Origin: Phoronis australis | Taxonomy: Eukaryota > Animalia > Phoronida | Assembly: GCA_002633005.1 (NCBI GenBank) | Contig: NMRA01000340.1 | Location: 430,728-494,727 of the forward strand | DNA: 64,000 bases | Reading direction: 5' to 3' | Shown: positions 43,826 to 56,159 of the stretch, in pieces | Numbering within the stretch: the first letter of the stretch is position 1 | Layout: each line of letters starts with the position of its first letter | Made by a program: the position numbers and the translations under genes | Notes under the pieces: generated by a model | What the model was told of the DNA's origin: nothing | Databases searched by the model: none | Seen by the model: the letters and a program-made list of their open reading frames with translations, nothing else

Positions 43826-46800
43826 CTGTAACAAAGTATAACAGGACTATAGAACTGCAGGCAAACTATAACAACCCAACAAGTGGAATGCAGTACTTCT
43901 CAAATTAAACTGGACAATGTCAAAGTTTTGAATTGCTAGTTCTACCAAGTGGCCACTAATTTTGGACTGGAAACCAATAGAACATGTATCAATTCTAGCT
44001 AAATCTTGGCAATATTTTGACAAGTATCGCACTTTGTCCATAAATTTCACAAATTAACTGACTAGGAACAATGATATCACAATGAATATTGACTGAAATT
44101 TAAAATACTGTTATTTTACTGCGAACAGCTCGAGTAAAATTCAAAATAATTCTGACAAGAAGTCTGTCCAAGTTTGGCAGTACGGCAAATGTATAGTTTG
44201 TACTTCTAACTTTTAAGGAATGGACAAATCATTTGCAATTAACTAATTGTGGTCTTCAGAGGCGGCTATAAACTTATTAAAATGATGGAAAACTAACAGA
44301 TATAAGGTCAAGGTCAAGATCACTGGCTGCCTCTGATTTATGACTAAAATTATCACCACTACCTCATAACTTTCCATAGTCTGGAATTAAAAATTACAAC
44401 TAAATTTTTGTCTAGAGGCTTTTGCGACCTTTTAAACATAAATCAATGAACATTTCATTTAAACCATTCCAAGTATTTAAACATGCTATAGTGGTCCCAC
44501 AATGTTACTTTCGAGATCTCATAACTTTGGATTTCCCTTGAGATTGGTGAAGATGTTGGCATCCAAGACTTTACTAACAGCATCTTATCATAGAAGGTCA
44601 AGTCAATAAAACATGCATTCATCGTTTCTTCTTAATAGTAGATAATACAAAAAGTTCAGCCAACCTGTTTCTCAGGATCTTTAGGCGCGATATTGAATGC
44701 ATTGTAGACCTCAGGTGTCCAGATAGGGTCAGTTGACGGCAGTGCATATTCCTCTGGGCTGACGAGCCCATGTGTAGCCTTCAACTCTAGCTCGGGCACT
44801 GCCTCCGGGACTTTATGATGATAACTGAAACAGAGGGTTAACCTATTGAGGCTACTGAGGGTTAGAGATTATCAAGGACAGGAAAATGGGAAATGTCAAG
44901 AGTTAGAGACTATAAAAGAACAAGAGACTACAGAGGAACGGTGACTACTCAAGTGATGAAACCATCATGGGATAAAAACACTAAGCTATTAAAGGCAAAG
45001 GATTATGGGGGTTTATTGGCTACAAGACAATCATCAAAACATTCAATGAAAACCAAATTCCACTACATAACAAGTGTGTTGCATCTCAACTAATCCACCA
45101 CTGGTGTATTGTAATGAGCATAGCTTCTTAAAATCATTTTCACTATTCCACGGATAAGGAATGCATTCTTTATATTAACTAACATGGCCAACAAAACATG
45201 TAACCAGAGTTGCATCCAAACAAAAATCAACCCATGCTGACGCATGTCTGACACAAATCTGTGGGTCAAGTTTCTTCCAAATCTGTAGAGACGCTTTCGA
45301 CAACACTCAGCATACAAGGAATATTTTGTCAAAATCTGATCTAAAAATGGCAAACAGTGGGTGCAGTAGTAAAAGAATGCATAAAAAATTGACAGGAGCT
45401 GGTAAACCCGTACCATGTGCGTCCCTTTGTGATTTTGTCAAAATCAAACAATAGTATTGACAATAAGTGATGGATAAGGAATGCCTTGCTTAGACAATAA
45501 ATTTGTCAACAGGGGGTGTTGCTACAAGTCTTACATAAAACCGTTTTCTCTTTCGCATTTCTCCAGTGTTCTCTTCACAACCGGACCCAGTTTCCTAAAG
45601 AACAAGTGTTCGTGAGGTTTAGCAGTGGTGCCGGGTCCTTTTGTTTTGGAGTACTCTGTCCCCAATTTGCCAGCCTTCTCAAAACCTGGAGAATACAAAA
45701 TATCCAACATACATATCTTATTGACCACGTTGAGGCTGAAGTAAGTTCCCCAAAAACAGTGCAAAGCCGCAACAACTAGACCCTCTGTATTGGTTTTTAC
45801 AGCTTTGATAAAAACTGTAACACGCCGTGTGAACTTTTAAGTGACATCTTTCAGATAATTAATATAGAGTCATTTTAATTTTGTAAACAAGATCAATGCT
45901 TACGTGGTTTGGTTCTGTGATTATGTGAAAATGCGAAATGGTCTCCGTCAACACTGACATCTCTCCTCTATGGAACAAAGTATCGCCAACTAAAAATGAC
46001 CAAATTTGCGACTCCGTTTTCCTTCAATAACCAAGCTTCAACTTACACTGAACACTTTCATGAAGACATTTGATGGCTTCTCCACACTTGTCCTGAGCTA
46101 ACAATGAGTCGCCGTGGTAAGAATAAGCCTGAAACAGACTGATGAAAACTTAAAAACAGTACACACTAGGCAAATACTTGGTTCCCACTGATACTGTCTG
46201 TGATAAAATTTTCATAACCATGAGCAGTATACGAAGTCTTTGTTAACAACAACTACAATCATGCATAACTGAATATTGCGGATATTTTTATCATCTTAAA
46301 ACTTCACATAGAAACTTAGTATTCTTAATACTTTTTGTCTATGAATTTTGTATGTAAACTATGAAAACTATTTTGTCATTTTCCAGGATGGGTTGAAAAA
46401 ATGAATGAAGGAACATATAACACTTGATCCTCACTCACATACAGTTTCCATAGAAGAGACAACAGACAGCCTTTTAAACAGGTCCACAACAATGACTATA
46501 AGTTAATGAACTCAGATATAAACAGCGATGCACATGGGAAGACTGGTTTAAATACTTTAAACCAACAACGTGGTGACATCCAGATTATATAGAGCTAGGA
46601 TAAACTCGTACATCTATTATCCAGTTGACTAATGCGTATCAACCTACCATTGACATGTAAAATTGGTTTTTCAGTTGCGCATATTTCCTCCATTTGTCAG
46701 CCATGCCTGGGTCAAGGGCAGCCAATGAATGATCAGTACTGGCAAACAACTTGGCTGTCTCGTAAGCGAGCGCTGATATCAAACCAGCATTGTGCTTCAG

Positions 46801-49800
46801 TTCTACCGCACGAGCAATTGTGACTGAAGTAAACAATTCACATTTCAGAACCACATATGCAAGTTTTCCAAAAAGTTAATGAAATTTCTTTGCTATCAAA
46901 AATTGACAAAATTAGAAGCAGAAGTTTCTGGCTTATTTTCAAGTGATTAGTGGTTAGGGCTGTTCCAGCAAAATCTGTATGGGAGGGGGGGGAAGGCACT
47001 TTTATTTCGTACCCACCGCCCATATTTTTCATTTATTTCTCCAACCCATGACCCATAATTTTTTAATTATTTTTAATAGGTTAAAATATAAAATCCAACA
47101 CTTGCAAACAAATTGCCTCCAGGAGGACCTGTTAAGAACTTAGATGATTGACAGACAAGAACTAGTTGTCTTGTCCAATATTGTCAAAAACTAAAGTAGC
47201 CTGTTAGCAATNAGTTCTACCGCACGAGCAATTGTGACTGAAGTAAACAATTCTCATTTCAGAACCACATATGCAAGTTTTCCAAAAAGTTGATGAAATT
47301 TCTTTGGTATCAAAAATTGCCAAAATTAGAAGCAGAAGTTTCTAGCTTATTTTCAAATGATTAGTGGTTACTTATTACTGGTTTCCCCCAGGCTTTTTGC
47401 CAAAACTTCGACAAAGTAAAAACATTTCCCAGGAAATGGATGATTTTTTAAACTAGTGTAAAAATGTATGCATGTATACTAACTGCAAGACTTAGTGTTG
47501 TCAGTTAGAACAAGACACTAAATACCAATAATGACATCCTGTTAAAACAATGCTCCACACAATGCTGTGAAGCAAATTCCGTTCTTAAACAGGACTGACC
47601 ACTGTAATTGTGTTTTCCACACCAAGAACATGTTTACATTTCAAAGAAGACGTTACCATTAAAAGATCATCTTTAGGTATTCAAAGCTGCAATATTCTCA
47701 TGTTATGTCAGAGAAACCGACTTTTGAACAGATTTAGACCACTTGCCGCCATAGAGTTGGTCTCAACTTGTTCCTTACTCAGCTGAGGGTGTACTCTGGC
47801 TATTACATGAGATCATGCTCAGCGCTTTAACTCACCAAGACAAACAAATCTGTTGAACCTACACAGACAATGCATGGTCTGTCCAATATCTTACCTTCCT
47901 GAGCCTCAGCTGTGCATTGGTTGAAGTATGCCTCCAATACCCTGGGATCAGTGTCACACCCCTTTTCTGGCGTGTCTAGTAGCCGAGCCACTAGGTTATC
48001 TTTCACCTGTCTAAAGATACCAGCCGCCTGTCTCAGACACCTGTGAACGTCTTTGGCCTCCTCCATTGAGGGCTCTTCTTTGGAGCCGGCAATCTTGGCA
48101 CCATGCTTGGTGAACCAGAGCGCCAGGTTTAACGCCATGGATATCACTTCGTAGTACATGTCATAACATTCCCTACAAAATGATTATTGAAGATTTAATC
48201 CAGTACTGAAAACAAGTGGTTTACATCTGCATGAAATGTCATGGCAAGGTGCACTAATTTTTAATACATAATTAAAAGTTATCATTTAGCAAATAAATTT
48301 GAACATCCTTTAGCTTCAGTTTTCACGAAATTTGTTGTTAATGAAATGAATGATTAAAATTCAATTATATTTCATATCTCTGCTGTTGACAACATGTTTA
48401 TAATATGCACTCAAATTCATCGGAGGGTTTTCAAAGCTGGAGATCAGCAATTAGCAATTGTGTGTCCAGACAAAAGGACACTTTAAAAATAATTAATGAA
48501 ATATCATGTATTAAAAGTCATGGATTGTAACTAAGGCAAAGACCTCTGAAAAATCAGGATAATCTTTCTTACACCAATGTTTGAGTAAAAACCAAGTGTT
48601 CCTTACGTTGGTGTCTGACCCAACAAGGTGTTGGTCCACCTGAATCTAACCGCATGCCGCAGCTTACTGTCGCCCCCTTCAGGCGCCTGCAGAAAGCCGT
48701 GAAGGAGACCGAAATAACTAGCACTTTCTTTCTCTAAAACTTCAACCTCATTATTAGGATTGGCCAGTAAGTCCAATAATTTGGCACGTTTGGTTTTCAG
48801 ATCACTGAAATGAGAAAATACAGACTGTTAAGCTCGTGTAACAACATAAGCATTTCATGGAACATTTCGGAGGATAGCAATTGCCTAACTAGCACTTTAA
48901 GTGTAAACACGATTATAGCCTTTATGACGACTGCAAAGCATCACAAGTGGTCACAACACAGAATTTTAAAGGTGGGTCCAATGTATTTTCTTTTGTTGCC
49001 AATCAATACCATTCATTGGCAAAAATGTGTGCAACACCATAAGCAATACTTTCTGATTGACAACAAAACATACAATAAACGATTTGTACAGAAACAATTA
49101 ATCAGGAATAAAAAATTGGATATAAATAAATTTAAAAACTGCCAATGTCACCTCACTTTCGCTTTAAATATGCAAATTATAGGCCACCCGACTCAAAAAA
49201 GAAGTGACCTTGGTCATAAGAAAACATGACTGTCCATTGCAAAAAAATGCTAATTGGTTTCAACTCCAGTCGACAGCAGCTTCTAAATCGAGACTAAATT
49301 CAGACATCAATCTATTCCATTTTTGAGTGATCACTCCCTCTTTTGTTCAGCATCAGGATTCCGGCCAATCAACTAAGACAGTTCAAAGAGAATACTAAAA
49401 CCATTCATCAAAGTACCAGACAATGCAACCTTAACAACATTCATTTTAGCCAGTGTTTTATTCCCTTGAAGCCATTGTTACAGTAATGCAGTAATTAATC
49501 TCATCACTTCCAGTGGTTCTATACAGGGTGTAATGGCATGCAATGTATTCTGTTCTTTGCTTATTGAAGGCGTGTTCTAATTTCAGATTAAAATAAGCTC
49601 CGTTGTTGTGACAAGTGACTTCTGGGCATGACATAGTTGTATAAAACCTGTCTGAATCACTTGCCAAGAGGCAATAGTCTGAATGGCTTGGATGCTCGGT
49701 TCTCACGTGGGAAACCCCGGTTCAAAACTCAGTGTCAATAAATTTTTCAACATTGGCGACCAACAAATGTACAACAGTGGCACGATATAGGGTATAGTGA

Positions 49801-52800
49801 AAACGCGCATTTTAAAATGTGTCGGTTTTTGACGGTGAAATCGACACNATTGGCCAGTAAGTCCAATAATTTGGCACGTTTGGTTTTCAGATCACTGAAA
49901 TGAGAAAATACAGACTGTTAAGCTTGTGTAACAACATGAGCATTTCATGGAACATTTCGTAGGATAGCAATTGCCTACTAGCACTTTAAGTGTAAACATG
50001 ATTATAGCCTTTATGGCGACTGCAAAACATCACAAGTGGTCACAACACAGAATATTAAAGGTGGGTCCAATGTATTTTCTTTTGTTGCCCATCAATACCA
50101 TTCATTGACAAAAATATGTGCAACACCATAAGCAATACTTTCTGAATGACAACAAAACATACACTAAACAATTTGTACAGAAACAATTAATTGGGAATAA
50201 AAAATTGGATATAAATAAATTACAAAACTGCCAATGTCATCTCACTTTCACTTTAAATATGCAAACTATAGGCCACCCGACTAAAAAAAGAAGTGATCTT
50301 GGTCATAAGAAAACATGACTGTCCATTGCAAAAACCTGCTAATTGGTTTCAACTCTTCGACAGCAGCTTCTAAATCGAGGCTAAATTCAAACATCAATCT
50401 ATTTCATTTTTGAGCGATCACTCCCTCTTTTGTTCAGCATCAGGATTCCGGCCAATCATCTAACACAGTTCAAAGAGAATACTAAAACCATTCATCAAAG
50501 TACCAGAGAATGGAACCTTAACAACATTCATTTTAGCCAGTGTTTTATTCCCTTGAAGCCATTGTTACAGTAATGCAGTAATTAATCTCATCTTTTCCGG
50601 TGTAATGGCATGCATTGTATTCCGTTCTTTACTTATTGTAGGCGTGTTCTAATTTCAGATTAAAATAAGCTCCGTTGTTGTGACAGGTGACTTCTGGGCA
50701 TGACGTAGTTGTATTTATAAAACCTGTCTGAATCACTTGCCAAGAGGCAATAGTCTGAATGGCTGGGATGCTTGGTTCTCACACGGGAAACCTTGGTTCA
50801 AAACTCAGTGTCAATAGATTTAAATTCAACATTGGCGCCCAACAAATGTACTACCATACACAACAGGATGTCATCACTACTCTCGGGCAGTCAGGACTTC
50901 GTAGCCAGGCTCCAAAAATTGCAGTGGATACCAAGACTACAGATGTGGCCAACCTGGGCCAGGCAGAACGGTTCATCCAGAAGGGAGAGGGTTGTTAATT
51001 CACACGTGACTTCTGGATAAGACGTAGAGTCGTATAAAGCCTCTCTAAATTGCTTGCCAAGCAGCACTTGCTTCATGTCTGAAAGGTTTGGATGTCTGGC
51101 TCTCAAGAGGAAAACCCGGCACTGGTCGAATATAGCGATCCCCGATTTTGAGAACCAGGCAATCACTGAATAACATAACCATTATTCAGTGGATGAAACT
51201 TGTTCTCAAAATAGCGAGGACAACATACGTCACCAAATCGCTTCGCGTATCTGTCACCGTGTAAAATTTGCACATTACAATCGGCAAAAAATCACTCAAA
51301 AATGCAATAAATATGAATAAAAATTACTTCAAAGTATGAAATAAGATGTTATTTTACTTAAATGTTAGTCTTTTTTCGTCGCAAAATCCGTTTAATAATA
51401 CTTTGCACGAGTTTTTTGCAGCGACGTGACCGACATTTCAAGGCAAAATGGTCGCCGGTAAAAACAACTGGTATTTGGTTTTCAACTCAGGAGAAGACTA
51501 AACTCTCGAATTTTGGCGTGAAACTTCGTGAACTTGTAGAAGAAACCCTTGCGCACGTTATTACGTAAGTATTTTTCACTTTCGTAGACTTAAAAGTTGA
51601 AAAAGTTGCCGGTTCCCGCGACCTTCAACTTTGACCTGAATTAATTGGTACATTTCCTAATTTGCGCACATAATGAATCGTATTACGCACTAACGGGTTC
51701 ATCAATGAACAATTTCAAACACTTGTTGCAAACGGGCCCTTCGTCGATTTCTGTCAATCGGGCGTATTTCTGACTCACTTCGTAGTTCCGGGTACTGCCG
51801 CTAGGGGTGCGCCTTCGAATCGCGGCGAGTTTTTGGTTCCCAAACTAAAGCATTTCAACTTTTCCTGATGAAAAGTTAATGTAAAAGAGACCCAAAAAGT
51901 AATTTTTCGTTGTGAGAACAATGATGCTCTCATTTAAGGTTCTTTTTTCCTATTTTTGCCTCACATTTTTGTAGGTCAGGCCACTAAGACCTGACTTGTG
52001 CCGGCCAGACAGGACCACCCGTACTGGCCAAGACAGTTTAGCCAGCATATGTCAAGATAGAAAATGAAAACATTTTAATTTTAGAGTAAACAAATATTAC
52101 AACTGTGTATTTCTACTCCAGTGCTGTGTTTTCAACCAAAACTTTATGTTTACTACCATGAAAAACTATACATGCTATCAATATTTTTTTTACCATGAAT
52201 ATAGTTTTTACAAAACAATTCAGAGGTTCGTCTAGCCTGGCCTATATCTTTCAGGTAACCTTTGTTGGAAATTGCTGTGGACCAAACCAGTTGTTATTTT
52301 CTTCATCATTTTTTCTTATAATTTCATTCCTATTTGTCAGTTTACTATAATACATATCATCAGGTCTCGCATTTCTGTCTCATCAGACTAGCTCTTGGTC
52401 CAGATCCTTCTTCTTTCCTGCTTCTACCGATTTTACTTGCAGTCAGCAAGTGAGTTTGGCTCAATACCCACTACGATGAAGATGAGGCTGTGCGCACCTT
52501 TCGGGTGATGGACGATTTTGGTCAAGAGGACCTCGAAGTGCTGGAGTGCTCCGTTGTGTATTGGTATTCCACTGACTTAACAGCCCCCTTCCTTGAGGAT
52601 GATACAACTCTGTAAAGTACTCCACTGACTTAGTGAAAGTGTTTGGCCCCCCTTCCTTGAGGATGCCATAAGTCTGTAAGGCACTCCACTGATTTTCGAT
52701 AGTCAGTGAAAGGGTTTGGCCCCTTGAAGAGGCCACAAGTCTGTGTAAGGAACTCCACTGCCTGTTTACTTGCAGGTACTCACTGTCAATAATCAGTGAA

Positions 52801-54052
52801 AAGGTTTGACCTTCCTTCCTTTAGGATGACTTGAGAACTTTATTTATCTGCCCATCATACATACCTTTATGTGTTCATATCAAGACAACTTTGCAAATAA
52901 ATATTGCAGTTGTCGTTTGCATAGCATGAACTTTCCTGCATGGCTCACGACAAGGTCTACATTTTGTTACATTGTTGTGGAAAGAATGTTTAATTTCTAT
53001 TTACTGTATGAAGCTTGTATTAAAATTTTTGTTTATCACACTTTTCATCAATACATATTTGAAATGATGTTGTTTATCTTTAATTTTTTAAAGTAATGCA
53101 TTTTGACAAAGTTAAGTAAGTCGCAAACTGCATGTCAACAAAAAGGTCACAAAATAATATCAATAATTTGCCCAAACCAATTATCAGATTTCAACTTCCT
53201 TGATGAAAAATCTTGAAATGATACTAGCTTTTTTTTTCTTGAGTAATTGTTATCTTATGCCAATTTGAAACGACAAAATTGTACGTACTGACTTTTCTTC
53301 GTCGACTTTGTTGACTTTAAGGTCCACATCTTCGCACAGGAATGTCCAATCGGAATGTTCTTTTTTGCAAATTATTCATCATAAAATTTTCTTTGAAATG
53401 ATGTATAACATGTCTGTCTAGGTTATGTAGATTTGTAACTATGATATTTCAAACTCACAAATTTGATTTGACAGAATTTTTACCAAAAAATTTGACACAA
53501 AAACACCATTTTCTCCGGAACCGTAAGTCCGATTTAAAAATTTTTTGCACCGTTCTTTTAGTCTCGTAGAGAGCTTTCTAATGATGTATATTACATGCAC
53601 ATTTTCTAAAATTTTTGAAAAACGTTGCCCTCCCTACTCAAAATCAGGGACCGCTTTATCCTACCAGGGCTGTGAGAAGCGAAAACCCCGGCTCAAGTGT
53701 CGGAATCAGCCCATAGCCCTGGCCTAACTGTGAGAATGCTACACAAAGAATTATAAAGAAAAACAACACAGAACAACGGTCAGATAATTATTATGACAGC
53801 GCTGATGACGACAACGACAAATGACGGCTCATCTCGTGATATTCAATCGAACACACTTGAGCGAGTCCTTAGAAATGTACGTTACCTTAACAGGGAAACT
53901 TTTGAGGCACCTGCTCAGTTACGAGGTAAATAACATTCTTAAAAGTAATACCTGCAGATTTTTTGTGTTGTTCCGTTTGTGGCTGCCCCTTTTAAGTCGT
54001 AGTTTACAAGTCCTGTTGCCTTGAGGGGATTCCTGTGAAACCAGTGCGCCAT
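43712..54052 (-). CDS. BROX: BRO1 domain-containing protein BROX; complement(join(43712..43825,44665..44824,45535..45685,46047..46128,46648..46823,47895..48172,48607..48804,53952..54052)), 419 aa
   Basis: 8 in-phase exons, 1260 nt. [13 protein letters not shown] start, [58 protein letters not shown] and C-terminal CaaX GCVVS* match BROX as I recall it. Confidence 0.95.
44665..44824 (-). CDS. BROX: BROX exon 7 ([23 protein letters not shown]...WTPE)
   Basis: Resembles QKIP...LELKANYGLV; in phase. Confidence 0.93.
45535..45685 (-). CDS. BROX: BROX exon 6 ([19 protein letters not shown]...EKCERENGF)
   Basis: Within ORF 45531..45764. Confidence 0.95.
46047..46128 (-). CDS. BROX: BROX exon 5 ([27 protein letters not shown])
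   Basis: Resembles AYCYHGETLLASDKCGEAI; TTTCAG acceptor, GTAAGT donor. Confidence 0.93.
46648..46823 (-). CDS. BROX: BROX exon 4 ([23 protein letters not shown]...KWRKY)
   Basis: Within ORF 46639..46854; splice sites in phase. Confidence 0.95.
47213..47370. repeat. Direct duplicate of 46799-46956 (includes the 5' end of BROX exon 4), starting at N 47212
   Basis: Near-identical sequence directly after an N. Confidence 0.9.
47895..48172 (-). CDS. BROX: BROX exon 3
   Basis: Overlaps ORF 47827..48159 ([28 protein letters not shown]). Confidence 0.95.
48607..48804 (-). CDS. BROX: BROX exon 2 ([13 protein letters not shown]...[15 protein letters not shown])
   Basis: TTTCAG acceptor, GTAAGG donor; SKLR..F.WT.TL motif. 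Confidence 0.93.
49849..50853. repeat. ~1-kb direct duplicate of about 48759-49772 (includes the 5' part of BROX exon 2), starting at N 49848
   Basis: High identity with scattered substitutions and indels; begins exactly after an N. Confidence 0.9.
53952..54052 (-). CDS. BROX: BROX exon 1 ([34 protein letters not shown])
   Basis: AACATGG Kozak context; diagnostic [11 protein letters not shown]; donor GTATTA. Confidence 0.95.
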
Positions 54053-54060
54053 GTTGTTTT

Positions 54061-54080
54061 CTTCCTGGTTGATGACGTCA
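54061..54080 (-). promoter_or_regulatory. BROX proximal motifs: CRE TGACGTCA (54073-54080) and ETS-like CAGGAAG
   Basis: Motifs lie 10-30 nt upstream of the BROX ATG. Confidence 0.4.
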
Positions 54081-54128
54081 TTCATCAAGGGACACAACTA
54101 CCCAACAAGGACTGAACATTGGGTATAT

Positions 54129-54232
54129 CACAGGCGTCCTCAACTTCTGATCGTCCCCAATACACTACATATAATACTACGTAGTATTATATGTAGTGTA
54201 TTGGGGACGATCAGAAGCTGAGGACGCCTGTG
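54129..54232. mobile_element. 104-bp loopless palindromic MITE with 8-bp TSD GGGTATAT
   Basis: 52-bp arms with one mismatch, centre at 54180/54181; GGGTATAT at 54121-54128 and 54233-54240. Confidence 0.85.
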
Positions 54233-54589
54233 GGGTATATCGGGGAAAGCCTATCGGAATACTCTTTCTAGTGCAGACGCATTGGTCAAATTTAGTTGCA
54301 ACGACACAACAAATAAAGAGAATGACTGCCCGATCAAACAAAGACGTTAATACCTCTCTACGGTTTCTGGTTCAAATAAAAGCGATGATAACTCAGGTCA
54401 GTCACGACTTTCGTGAAAAGCTACTACTGAATTGATTTAGTGTTTCCGGCCGTCAAGGAGTCATGGTGTCAGTACGATACTCCTCAGTAATTGCTTTTTA
54501 TGGTGTGTGACACTGCATGCATTTAGAATAGTCCCTCAAATTTCGACAGCTTAAACAGTCTGCAGTATGTCCGTCACGTATTCCCCCAA

Positions 54590-54790
54590 AAAATCCATAG
54601 GATTTCCTATTGGATTCCTGCAGGAAACTTAGTACTAGAAGTCCTATAGGATTCCCTATACATGAGTTGGGATCCCGCTATAGAATTTCTTATAGGATCC
54701 TAGGATTTTATAGCCTATAGGATTCCTAAGAAAATCCTATAGGGACCCTATTGGATCCTACAGGATTTCCTATAAGAAATCCAATAAAGT
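54590..54790. repeat. Degenerate array of ATAGGA(T)...TCCTAT short palindromic units
   Basis: More than 10 TAGGA/TCCTA words in 200 bp. Confidence 0.7.
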
Positions 54791-55042
54791 AAATTGAAAG
54801 CCTTTGCTATTTATAGTTCAGATAGTGAACTGTCACGGTAATACTCCACTGAAATGCAAGTTCAAAGACATGCATATTACTGGTGGCAACTAACTGTTAT
54901 ACTCTGGACTCTCACGCACACAAAGTAAAAGAGGCTCTTGCATTTTTTGCACTCGTTTACACACCAGACCTACGTTTATCTGCAGCTCATTCATTTCGTT
55001 TTGTTTACAAAACTCACGTAGCTGCATGTAGTAGAAAAGATC

Positions 55043-55290
55043 AGGGGCCTGTTCCAAGAAACTGACTTAAGTTCATTTTTGACTTAAGTTAAAGATTTGT
55101 CTTAAATTCCGAACTTTGAAACTTCCACATTCTGTTAGTTAGTGAAATTTAAGACAAAACTAACGTCACATTATTAATTCAAACTTAAGATCTCTTTCTT
55201 GAATTGGTTTTGAGACAAATTTAACTTTTATTTTAAAATTTACTAAAATTTAGGATTTGTCTTAGCTAAGCCAGTTTTCATAACGCAAAG
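55043..55290. mobile_element. MITE-like element with imperfect TIRs and internal (GA)CTTAAG / TTTGTCTTA repeats
   Basis: GGGGCCTGTTCCAAGAAACTGACTTA at left, TAAGCCAGTTTTCATAACGC at right. Confidence 0.4.
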
Positions 55291-55355
55291 TTGTCGTGAG
55301 GACTCGATTGGGACCTCAGGGGTCTCACGCTCCACCGGCTAATTTGAAAAGGCTN

Positions 55356-56006
55356 TACTGGCCAAGACAGTTTAGCCAGCATATGTCAAGATAGAAAATG
55401 AAAACATTTTAATTTTAGAGTAAACAAATATAACAACTGTGTATTTTTACTCCAGTGCTGTGTTTTCAACCAAAACTTTATGTTTACTACCATGAAAAAC
55501 TATACATGCTATCAATATGTTTTTTACCATGAACATAGTTTTTACAAAACAATTCAGAGGTTCGTCTAGCCTGGCCTATATCTTTCAGGTAACCTTTGTT
55601 GGAAATTGCTGTGGACCAAGCCAGTTGTTATTTTCTTCATCATTTTTTCTTATAATTTCATTCCTATTTGTCAGTTTACTATAATACATATATCATCAGG
55701 TCTCGCATTTCTGTCTCGTCAGACTAGCTCTTGGTCCAGATCCTTCTTCTTTCCTGCTTCTACCGATTTTACTTGCAGTCAGCAAGTGAGTTTGGCTCAA
55801 TACCCACTACGATGAAGATGAGGCTGTGCGCACCTTTCGGGTGATGGACAATTTTGGTCAAGAGGACCTCGAAGTGCTGGAGTGCTCCGTTGTGTAATGG
55901 TATTCCACTGACTTAACAGCCCCCTTCCTTTAGGATGATACAACTCTGTGAAGTACTCCACTGACTTAGTGAAAGTGTTTGGCCCCCCTTCCTTGAGGAT
56001 GCCATA
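55356..56006. repeat. ~650-bp direct duplicate of about 52022-52670, starting at N 55355
   Basis: Near-identical; explains the twin ORFs 52461..52736 and 55797..56030. Confidence 0.9.
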
Positions 56007-56008
56007 AA

Positions 56009-56159
56009 ATTGCTTGCTGTATCCCTTCACCCTCCATTCAGTACCCAGTGTGCATTGCTTGCTGTATCACTTCACCCTCTATTCAGTACCCAGTGTGCAT
56101 TGCTTGCTGTATCACTTCACCCTCCATTCAGTACCCAGTGTGCATTGCTTGCTGTATCA
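56009..56159. repeat. 45-bp tandem repeat x3.3
   Basis: TGCTTGCTGTATC at 56011, 56056, 56101 and 56146. Confidence 0.95.

Noticed and set aside
48810-50318. Twin ORFs 48810..49229 and 50118..50318
   Set aside because: Intronic, antisense to BROX, no recognisable homology; the similarity is due to the N-adjacent duplication.
50860-51170. GC-richer, coding-looking patch in BROX intron 1
   Set aside because: No frame I read gave a recognisable domain and BROX is complete without it; probably a transposon fragment.
52461-56030. Twin ORFs 52461..52736 and 55797..56030 (…[18 protein letters not shown]…)
   Set aside because: They lie in a duplicated block built partly from degenerate ~55-65-bp repeats; no protein family recognised.
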